64,000 nucleotides of DNA from the human T2T-CHM13v2.0 reference genome, Homo sapiens. Both the position numbers and the translations under genes were made by a program. The notes under the pieces were generated by a model that was not told the origin of the DNA, did no database searches, and saw nothing but the letters and a program-made list of their open reading frames with translations. The stretch lies in NCBI RefSeq assembly GCF_009914755.1, contig NC_060935.1, one strand, 5' to 3'. Shown here one piece after another: positions 50,959 to 61,899 of the stretch (position 1 is the stretch's first letter; each line of letters starts with the position of its first letter).

Positions 50959-52250
50959 GCTTTTGGTTTCCCGACCAGGAACACTTTGGCTCAGTTGCCA
51001 TGGGCCAGGAGTCTCACAGAACTACTAAGCAGCTGCTTACCCAATTTTGGCTGGAGAGATAAGTACCCTCTGGGGCCACCACAGCTGGCCCCAACCATGG
51101 TCCTGATTGCCTTGGAAGAACTGCCTTTGGAATTTCACATCGGCATCCAGATAGGTGACTGTCCTTTGTGGGCCCAGACAGAAAGATCTGCTCCTCTCAG
51201 TTTGGGAAATTTTTAAAGGAATTTCCACTTGCGGGTTGAATAAGCCCAACTGACGAAGAGAGGAAAATACCCTGACTGTTTCAGTATGGACATTCTTGGG
51301 GGCTTGTTTGTCATTGTGTGTGTGTCCAGGCAAGTGAGTGTCTTTTGTGGGTACTAGATAGTGGGATCAGCTCCTCTCCATTTGAGAAATTCTGAAGGAA
51401 TTTTGATTTGCAGGTTGATTGAGCCCAACCAATGGAGAGAGGAATCACCCCAACTGTTTCAGTTTGTAGACTTTTGGGGCTTGTTTGATGCTGCAACAGT
51501 TGGATTGTTTTAGTGATTGTTTGCAAGTGTCTGATATAGTCATCAGAAATCAGAATTTAATAAACTGACACTCTTTTGTAACACTGTTTGACCCCAGTAT
51601 AGTTTGGAATCTGGTATTTGCCCTTGAATGGGAAAGTGGGTTGGAGTTCCATGTATCCAGGCTTTTGTGCTGCTGCTGTTGGGCCAAGTTAGTATGTGAT
51701 ATTCTCCTGTGGTGCTGTTTGACCCCAGTGTTCTTTGGAGTCTGGAGAACTTTGGACTTTAAAAATTAAACTGCCACGGAAACTGTTTTACTGAAAATTT
51801 TGGTTCACAGCCTTCACTGGATTACCTATCAAGGCTAACAAAGTTCAGCCATGTGAACATGTTTGCAGACTGATGAGTTTCTATTTCAATAGCTAGAGTT
51901 CCAAGGTAAAAGCTATTGGATCTTTGGGTGTATGTATGTCTAGATGTGTCTTTGGGTGTATGTATGTCTAGATGTGTTAATGTGTAGGCATATGTATTAC
52001 GTTAAATGTTGTGACTACCCAATTGGATTATAAATAAAAGAGTGCTCATAGATTAAGTAAACAAGTCCAAAGTATTTTTCATGTTCATGCTACTTAAGTA
52101 AATCTTTAGCAAGCTAGCATTAAAATTTTGTAAAATAAAACTAGAAATGTCATCATAGTTGTCAGCATACATTTTTGTCTGGGTTTTGTATTTGTTTCTG
52201 CTAGATATTTTGAGGTATGAGAGTTTGGCACAGAAGTTTATAAAGTTGTC
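50959..52250 (+). mobile_element. MER4-group ERV internal leader (non-coding), truncated
   Basis: PBS, candidate splice donors (tag|gtgact at 51155; caa|gtgagt ~51335), an internal ~180-bp repeat and an AT-rich MER4-int-like tail. Confidence 0.7.
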
Positions 52251-52251
52251 A

Positions 52252-52473
52252 CCAGGAGTTGGAGATAAGCCTGGGAAACAGAGACCCCCTCCCCCATCTC
52301 TATAAAATAAAAATTAAACAATTAGCCAAGCACAGTGATTCATGCTTGTAGTTCCAGCTACTCAGGAGACTGAGATTGGAGGATTGCTTGAGCCTGAATG
52401 ATCAAGGCTTCAGTGAGTCTTGATTCAGCCACTGCACTCCAACCTAGGTGAAAGAGCGAGACCCTGTCAAAAA
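52252..52473 (+). mobile_element. 5'-truncated AluJ
   Basis: ggaggattgcttgagcc and gagaccctgtc AluJ features. Confidence 0.85.
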
Positions 52474-52542
52474 GACAAATAGAGGCAGAGAATGACAATG
52501 GGGCACAGAAGCATTGCAGGGAGACTAGGGGAGGAGTAGTAA

Positions 52543-53073
52543 TTTTTTTTATTATTATTACACTTTAAGTTTTAGGGTACATGTGCACAATGTGCAGGTT
52601 AGTTACATATGTATACATGTGCCATGCTGGTGTGCTGCACCCATTAACTCGTCATTTAGCATTAGGTATATCTCCTAATGCTATCCCTCCCCCCTCCCCC
52701 CACCCCACAACAGTCCCCAGAGTGTGATGTTCCCCTTCCTGTGTCCACGTGTTCTCATTGTTCAATTCCCATCTATGAGTGAGAACATGCGGTGTTTGGT
52801 TTTTTGTCCTTGTGATAGTTTACTGAGAATGATGATTTCTAGTTTCATCCATGTCCCTACAAAGGACATGAACTCGTCATTTTTTATGGCTGCATAGTAT
52901 TCCATGGTGTATATATGTGCCACATTTTCTTAATCCAGTCTATCATTTCTGGACATTTGGGTTGGTTCCAAGTCTTTGCTATTGTGAATAGTGCCGCAAT
53001 AAACATACGTGTGCATGTGTCTTTATAGCAGCATGATTTATAGCCATCCCATTACTGGGTATATACCCAAAGG
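52543..53073 (-). mobile_element. Young L1PA (PA3-like) 3' end with a short 5' inversion
   Basis: Near-consensus antisense 3'UTR (cccattaactcgtcatttagc, non-Ta); TSD ggggaggagtagtaattttt at ~52528 and ~53072. Confidence 0.95.
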
Positions 53074-53094
53074 GGAGGAGTAGTAATTTTTAAT

Positions 53095-54610
53095 AGGATG
53101 GCCAAAGGAGGCCTTATTGAGCAGGTGGCTTTTAGGTGAAGACTTAAAGAAGGTAATAGAGTTTTTATAGGTCTAATAAGAAAACAGAATGCAGGCAGAA
53201 GAAAAAGAACAGCCAAGTGCCTGAAGCAGAGAGGCCAAAGAGAGTGAGGTCTAGGACCTGACTGGACAGATGTCAGGGAGGTGACTGGAGTCTAACTTAG
53301 AGAACTGTTATAAACAATTTGTACCTCTTTCTCTAAATGAGATTGGGAGTTGCTGCAGGAGTTGCACAAAGACATGACAAAATCTGGCTTTTGTTTTAAA
53401 AGGAGCATCCTCATTTGTTATTGACGGAAGACTAAAGGCATTCTCCATCCAGAAAAGACTGCTAAGAACTGTGAAGCATATAAAAGTTTACCCTACTTGG
53501 GGCAATGTTTCATGAATGCTGACAGATAACACAAGCTTTCTGGGTCAAAGACAGAGTTTTATGACTCATTCAACAGGGAGAATGATTTTTGTGTTTGTGT
53601 CAGTCATCCTTGCTCCACAAGTCCTACAGAGGAAATACAGAAAGGCAGATTAATGTTGCAAGTGCAACAGATGTGTGTTGAAGCCAAGGAACCCTGAATT
53701 TAGGTCACCTGGATGTTTTATAATGAACTGCAAGCAAACCTGTCTGAACTTTGCTCCAGAGGGGGACATTATCTTTCTTATACTGATCAGTAAGCAGACC
53801 TACCCTCTGCTTCAGAAGAAAGCAATATCTCTAGCTTCCAAGCTGTCCTCTTTAGAAACATCCTTGAAAAGATAGTCAGGAGAAAAGGCTGTCAATGTCT
53901 CTGCTCATAAGACATACAGAAATGTGAGAGGCCATGAAGAATTTTCTCCCAGCCAGAATTAGCAGGATGTCATAATGGATTGGATGTAAAGTGGGAGGGG
54001 AAAAGATACTTAAGAATAACTCCAAGAATTTTTCTTTGAACAGGTGAAGAAATGGAGTTGCCATCAACTAAGTTGAGAAAGACTACAGGTGAAGTAGGCT
54101 GGGTGGAGAGGGTGGATAAGAAGATTGATTTGAGACATAATGAGTTTGAGATGGCTATTGGAAGGAATCCAAGAGATGTCAAACAGGCCGTTAGATACAT
54201 ATGCCTTGAGTTTGGAAAAAATTTGAGTAGTAATTTAAATGTATTAGTCATTGGCAGGTAGATTGATTTTAAAGCTATGGGACCAGATGGGATCACCGGG
54301 AACTCTGAAGTGATCCAAAATTAAGAAACTGGGGAGGAAAGAAGGGTCCACAGAGGAGACTGAGAAAAAGTAGTCAGTAAAGTTAAAGAAAAAACAAGAG
54401 AGTGTGTTGTCTTGGAAACCAAGTCCATTAAAGGATGATCTATTAAGATGAGAAGCAATAATTGACCACTGGATTTAATAACACAGAGATCCCTGATGGT
54501 TTTAAAAAGTGTTTCAGTAGAATGGTAGCAGCAAAAACCCAATTAGATGAGGTTAGGAGGGGGATTGGAGATAGCATGTATAGACAATCCTTTCAATAAA
54601 TTTTGCTACA
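53095..54610 (-). mobile_element. L2 fragments interrupted by an unclassified LTR-like insert (~53470-53950)
   Basis: L2 motifs aaatggagttgccatcaactaag and aattgaccactggatttaa. Confidence 0.65.
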
Positions 54611-54613
54611 CAC

Positions 54614-55045
54614 TGTTGAAACAAACTAATTACAGCCTGAGAAGGACTCTGTACTTCTTCATTTGAGTCCTTGTGGGTAAACTGTAACGTAGCTTAATCA
54701 TCAGACAAAATTGAAAACCTAATTTAGTAGTGTGCACCTGTAACAATACTCCAGTGTTGGCCAATCCCAGCAGCCATACTTCAACTACTCATAGACTGCT
54801 GAATGTTCAAACTGTGTTCAAATAAGGCAAGCGCCCAGTTGTAACCAATCTCTTTGTTTCTGTACCTGATTTCTGGTTCCTGTACATCACTTTACCTTTT
54901 TTGTCTATAAATTCATTTTGACCACGAGGCACCCCCGGAGCCTCGGTGAATCTGCTGTGATTTTGTAGGCTGCCGGATTCACAAATTGTTTGTTGCTTAA
55001 TGAAACTCCTTTAAGTTTAATTCAGCTGAAGTTTTTCTTTTATCA
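54614..55045 (+). mobile_element. MER57A-type 5' LTR
   Basis: tgttgaaacaaactaattacagcctgagaaggactc start; CCAAT at ~54761 and ~54845, ctataaa ~54905; ends ttttatca before the PBS. Confidence 0.88.
54803..54826 (+). CDS. GLYATL1: Putative first coding segment of the long GLYATL1 isoform (MFKLCSNK), GC splice donor
   Basis: ATG at 54803; AAG|GCAAGC fits the GC-AG donor consensus; in frame with the next exon; matches the recalled N-terminus of the 333-aa isoform. Confidence 0.65.
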
Positions 55046-55930
55046 GATGGTGTCACAAGAAGGATCTGAAGTGGAGCTTCTAGTATCCCCAGGAGCGCGA
55101 AGTGAACACGGAAGGTACCTGCAGGATCCAATTGTGTCCATTGATCTCTCAGAGTGGCTGAGGATAATAGGTAAGCTCCCTCTCGCATTTTGGAGCTTCA
55201 CACGTTGGTGTTTTGAGCTCTCTGAGTTGCTTGGAGCAAATTTCTGATCCAAACTGGGTTTGGAGTCACAACAGGAAACAGACTGGGTCTAGGAACAGAT
55301 TTGATCTTGGAATTAACTGGCCTGGATCCAGTTAGAGGCCTCTTACATCTCACTGGGTCAGAAAGGAACTGGTAGTAAGCAGTAATGTTGCAGGAGTTAT
55401 AAAATTTGGCTTTTGAAAATTCACAGGGATTTTTGTGTTCTACCCCTTTGTTTCTTTTCTTTTCTTTTTTTTTTTGTGCGCCTAGGTAGGAAAAAAATCA
55501 CTGGCTAAGTTCATCAAGAGAACCTAAGAATAAAGACAATATTTTAGATAAAAATGGGATCCTTAATTTCTGTAAAACTGAGTTCCTTCTGGCTTATACA
55601 TTAGGACTGTATACCAAGTCTTACAGAAATGGCAAAACATTACTAAAGATACTTAGAGTGGAACATTCCAAATGAACAACAATGCCAATGCATTTAAACA
55701 ACAATGCCAAGTACATTTATAAATGAGGGCTCTCAGTAAAGTCTCTTTGACTAAAAACAGTTTTGGCACTATTGGATGTCAACTGCTATTCTTTTTGGAA
55801 TAATCTGCCTTGCACTCTTTGTTGACTGCTGTGGGTGACAGGATGAGGCATGTACAGAATTGTGGTGAATGGGGAGCTTTTTCCTTCTCCCTACAAATAA
55901 AGAAACTTGATAGCTGATGGGACTGTGGGG
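55046..55930 (+). mobile_element. MER57-int leader with tRNA-Leu-like PBS (55048-55065)
   Basis: tggtgtcacaagaaggat versus Leu PBS tggtgtcagaagtgggat; strong donor tag|gtaagc at 55171. Confidence 0.8.
55047..55114 (+). CDS. GLYATL1: ERV-derived GLYATL1 exon (MVSQEGSEVELLVSPGARSEHG-R); alternative donor extends it to 55170 as 5'UTR/uORF
   Basis: Acceptor tttttcttttatcag; donor aag|gtacct; 68 nt (phase 2) joins cag|A at 58592 to give AGA ATG in frame. Confidence 0.7.
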
Positions 55931-56339
55931 AAAAAAGAAAAAAATATATAGCATTTATTCTGTTTTCATAATTCTCATATTTAACTATGGTTCCATTGCC
56001 TTCCATGTTTTTTTCAATCTTGCATAAAAATAAAAACATCTCAATGGTACAAACTAAAATTCTCAAATAAGAAATAAATCACACATACTTTCACCACCCA
56101 AAAACAATTTTCATGTTTATTTATTCCCTTCAAGTCCTTGTCCACATGCAAACATAATTTGGGTACATATGTAAAAGTTATATATTTTGATATTTTTACC
56201 CATTATTCATTATAATTGCTTTTCTGTAGTCTTCACAGTGACCACTGACTGTGTGCTACTCATATTTACAGACTGTCATTCACAAATTTATAATTTCTCT
56301 TTAGTGGACATTAAACTTATTTTCCATATATTATGAAAA

Positions 56340-56755
56340 ATTATTTTAGTTAAGGAATGAAATTCTGATACATAATACAACAGATGTGAACCTTGAAAAC
56401 ATTATGCTAAGTGAAATAAGCCAGACCCAAATGGACCAATATCATCGGATTCCATGATATATGAAGTACCCAGAATAGGCAAATTCCTAGAGAAATAAAG
56501 TAAAAGTTACTTTATATACATATATAAAATATATATATTATATATAGGGGTATATATATATATATACCCCTAGCCAGGGGCTAGGGAGAGAGGGAATGAG
56601 TAATTGTGATTTCATGGGTATAGTTGCCATTTAGGATGACAAAAAGGCTCTGGAAATGGATAAGCACCATGAATGTATACAATACCGCTGCATTGTACGC
56701 TTAAAAATGGTTAAACGGTTAGTTTTGTGTTATGTGTCCTTTACAACGATTTTTT
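56340..56755 (+). mobile_element. L1MB 3' end with an internal (TA)n-rich insertion
   Basis: aaccttgaaaacattatgctaagtgaaataagccag...ttaaaaatggttaaa. Confidence 0.8.
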
Positions 56756-58592
56756 TAAAGAAGGTGGGGAGGGGTCTCCCCAGGTTTTTAGCAGCTTCCT
56801 GATTTAGAAAAGAAATGTTGATGGTAGGAATACAGGTAGAGAACACTTTTATTTGGGTAGATGTTAGAAGCTGAGGCCAGGGTGGGGTCACAAGAGCAAT
56901 ATTAAGTATGAGGAGAGGCCCTCAACAAAGGTCATTGCAAGGGGATGGAGTAGGGAATGCACAGGAGGGGTATTTTGGACAAAGATTGGCAGCTGATAGG
57001 TGTGGGGATTGTTCTCATGTATCAGCCCAGGATATAATGTTCCCAGGGCAAATGGAACACAAGTTTTTTTGCGGGGAGTGATATAGCATGGTAGATCTTG
57101 AATTAAAACTTTTAAAATCTTGACCAAAAGCTCAAAGGAGAAGACAATAGTGAAACACATGGGTATGGGCAATTTTAGTTAAATCAGGTGAGAAACAGAG
57201 CAAAGAAAGCACTTGGAGATGGGGGGAAGAAAAAGACCATTTTTTTTTTGACAGCTACAAGAACAGCAGAGTCAGACAGGGGATAGGCTCATGTCAGAGA
57301 TCCAGTTTTATTTACTAAAAGTTCCTTGGGTATTCAAACATTCTGAAATTATGAGATCTTGCAAAAGGATGCCTTTGTTTAAACATTGCTTCATCTAGCT
57401 ACAGAACATAGTTTAACTTTGAGGCCTTTGACCCCAGACAAGATAAAATATGTTTCACCTTGCCTATTACTTAACACATATTTGTTAACTATTTTAACTT
57501 CATGGATAAAAAATTTCAAAAATCTGTGTTAACTGATTTGCAAATGATTGTTTCAAATATCTGATTCGTGGGTTCCTTCTCTTACATTAATTTTGTTGTA
57601 AGTTCTTCACATTTTTAATTATTTTTACATCATTGAATATAATTGCTAAATCTCTATATGACATGTTGATTAATATGAAGTCAATTAAAAAAACTAACAT
57701 ATATTAAAACTTGTTCTTACTTTATTCCAGGCATAATGCTATGCATTTTATACATATTACATTGTGTAATCTCAATCCTTTGGAAAACATGCATTCTAAT
57801 TTCCAGTTCCAAAGTTGTGAGAAAACACTTTGAGGTTCTGATTGGTTAAGCAACTTAACAAAGAAGTATGAGATGGAACTAAAATTTGAAATCAGCCTAA
57901 GCTTTGAACCTATCAGTTGTGATGATCACCTTCTCCAAGTTATTGTTAAATTATTGGCACATTTCTAAGAATTCTGAATGATATTTCAACAAAAGTTTAC
58001 AGATATGTGTTAAAATTTTTCTATCTGTTTTTAATTTTTGTAATGAAACTGGGATAAGTTCCAAAATGGCCGTAGGTTTGAAATATTTGGCCCTGAGAAA
58101 CTAAAGAAAATCTATGCCTACTCCTGCTCCAAGTTTTTTAGTCATACCTGTTCTTAGAGGGCTGATATTTTCTATTGCAGATGAAAGAAGAATTCTCAGG
58201 CATATAATGACCAAAATACAGGAAAAAACTTATGATGGTAGTGGTGGAGTGTTCTGTTACAGGCATTTGGGAAGCTCACAGAACTCTTAATATTCACTTT
58301 TAATTCTTTCCACAAGGGAGGAAGGGCATGGGTTTTGGAGCCAGTCATATATGGTTTCAAAATCTGACTCTGGCATTTATCTCTAAGAACTTGAGAAATT
58401 TACTTAGTCCCTCTGAGATTTGGTGTATTCAGAATGAATATGATACTAACAGTACCTACATCACGAGTGTTACTTGAATGGAGATGTATAAAGTGCATTT
58501 TAAATTCATTTGTTTCCTTAACATTTTCCCTTCATTTCTTATCTTTTCAGAGTTTCTTCTTCAAGGTCTCAAGGTCTGAAGCATCCCACAGA

Positions 58593-58670
58593 ATGATCCT
58601 ACTGAATAACTCCCATAAGCTGCTGGCCCTATACAAATCCTTGGCCAGGAGCATCCCTGAGTCCCTGAAG
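58593..58670 (+). CDS. GLYATL1: Glycine N-acyltransferase-like protein 1, first canonical coding exon (MILLNNSHKLLALYKSLARSIPESLK)
   Basis: Recognised N-terminus; acceptor ttttcag at 58550 (exon from 58551); donor aag|gtcagg at 58671. Confidence 0.96.
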
Positions 58671-59362
58671 GTCAGGGAACAGTGGGAGGTCAGGGTATGG
58701 GAGTAGGGGTGTTGAGGATGAGAAAATAGCAGGCTTGTGATTCTAGTCCTTCCTGACTGTTTGCAGAGGGTTGGAGCTGGGAAACAGGATGGGACTGGGG
58801 GCACAGGCTGCATATCAAGAGCTGCTGCTTCTCTTTGGGAAGAGGCAGCTAGGTCCACTCTGCAGGTTTTGCCACTCATTTGGAGAGGCAGTGGAGCATG
58901 GTGGCTACGAACATGGTTTGGAGCCTGTCTGAATGGATATGCATTCCAAGGCTGCCATTTTCTAGTCAGATGGCTTTGTGGATGTTTCTTTCCCTTTCTC
59001 TGACTTTACGTTTGGTTTTTCCATCAATGAGATGGGAATAACGTTAGCACCTACCGCTTAAAGTTGCTATGGACACTGAATAAATCTATACAATATAAAT
59101 GCTAAGAGCATTGCCAAGTGCCCAGCTAGTACACAGTAGCTCTTTGGTATCACAAGGACAGTCCTACCTGTGAGTTCTGCCTGCTTGCTGGTAACTTCAC
59201 GTCCATCAGTATGGTCCTCTCCAGGACCATACTGCTCATCTCACCATCACTGACTTGGTCTCAGTACCTTCTCTTAATCTCCATTTTTCTCTTCCTCTTC
59301 ACAACCAGATCCTCATCTCTGGGGATCTCAACCTCTCCTGGTCCCTTTCATCCCTCCTTCAG

Positions 59363-59470
59363 GTGTATGGCTCTGTGTATCACATCAATCACGGGAACCC
59401 CTTCAACATGGAGGTGCTGGTGGATTCCTGGCCTGAATATCAGATGGTTATTATCCGGCCTCAAAAGCAG
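59363..59470 (+). CDS. GLYATL1: GLYATL1 coding exon (VYGSVYHINHGNPFNMEVLVDSWPEYQMVIIRPQKQ); gene continues beyond the window
   Basis: ccttcag acceptor, 108 nt phase 0-0, cag|gtaggc donor; conserved glycine N-acyltransferase motif. Confidence 0.97.
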
Positions 59471-59860
59471 GTAGGCACACAGACAGGGACTGGTGGAGCC
59501 AGGCAGGTCCACAGGGCCTGAGGAACTGACCAGTTCAGACACCAGGGCTGCTTTTATAGGGTGAAAGGAAACGTGAGTATTTTAAAACACTCCTTCAGTA
59601 CTGGGCACCTTGCATGAGTGCCACGTGTTCCCACCCTTCGTGTAAAGCATAGGACCCTTCTGGGAAAGGGGGTGGAGGAGGAAAGGGAGGAAAAGGACAA
59701 GGCTGACACTCACAGATTAAGGGCCCTATGAGGTGGCAGGGGTCACCTGCAGGGGCTGAAAGGAGGCCAATTTACAGGGAAAGTTGGGTGTCTGAGATAT
59801 CAGAACAGTGGCTTAGAAACAGAAACCAAGGCATAAGTCTACCAGTAAAATTACCTCTCA

Positions 59861-60171
<311 letters not shown>

Positions 60172-61442
60172 GTTACTTCTTAGGAACCAGGGAAGGGACT
60201 CATAATTACTGTGTGTCAACTGTGTGGAAGCACTTCTCTCGTTAGTGAATGTTATCATCAGAACAATCTTATGAAGTGAGCATTAATATCTCCAATTTAC
60301 AGATAAGGAAACAACATTGAGAAATATTAAGTCATGTAGCGGCTGGATTCCTGATGTTAAAGCATTGCCCAGTCTGAATTCAAGTGCAGTGGACTCTACC
60401 ACTTTTACTAGCTATATAACCATAGGCACTTCTGTGAGTTTCATCATCCGTTAAAATGGGGAAAATAAGAGGATCTTCTTCAGAGGATTACACAAGGTTT
60501 AAATGAGATACTGTATGTTAAACACTTAGTACATAGCACATAACTGTAAATAGTGTTTACAATAATTAGCCATTATTGGCTGAGGACACACAAGGAATAA
60601 ATGATGGAGCTGAAATGGTAATACAAACCTAGGTGTATTTTTTTCCTAAATACTTCCCCTTTGTGTTTGTGTGTTTCATACACATCTGGTTAGTAAACTG
60701 AAGCCTCATTGCCAGCCCAACTTCATGTAGGTGTAAACGCTGAGCCCCCAAATAATAATAAGCCACACCAGGTCAAGACTAGTTTGCAAACTGGGTCAGG
60801 ATTCGGATGCAGAAAGTGACAAAGTGACCCTAGCTTGAGGAACAAAGGGGTAAAGGGGATGGGAACCAGGCTGAGCCTAACACCTTCCTCAGGGATGTTC
60901 TTTTGATCTCCTGGCTTCCTGACAATTTGGGATCAAAGATTAATGTTTAGTTTATTTAATCAATGGTCCAATTTCTTCAAAGTGTGGTATGCTAGATAAC
61001 TGTAGGAAGTCAAATAGTTCCTTTTACTTCAGTAACTTTGTAGTTATTATATGTATTTTAGCAACGTAACTATAGCATCAAGCCATACCTTCATGTATGC
61101 ATTGCTTTGAACAAAGTTAGTTTTTACAGTGAGTCAATAAACAAAAATATGAAAATATAAAAGTCCCACACCACACATATAAGACCAAAAAAAAAACAAA
61201 AAGGAAAGAATGAAATACGCTGCAATTTACTTGGAAGTGCATTCACCTAGTCTGATTCCATAGCATACCATGTTTCTTTCAGTATTGAAAGTCAATCTGA
61301 TTTTGAATAAGAGCTTTTCAGGGTGGGATGCAGGAGAATTTATCTAGAAAAAAATTAATTTTTTCATTGTTGATTTTTAATCACAAAGATAATCTATGTT
61401 GATTATACAAGTAAAAAAATCCAACATGATTTTAAAAAGTTA

Positions 61443-61888
<446 letters not shown>

Positions 61889-61899
61889 TCACTTTGGGT

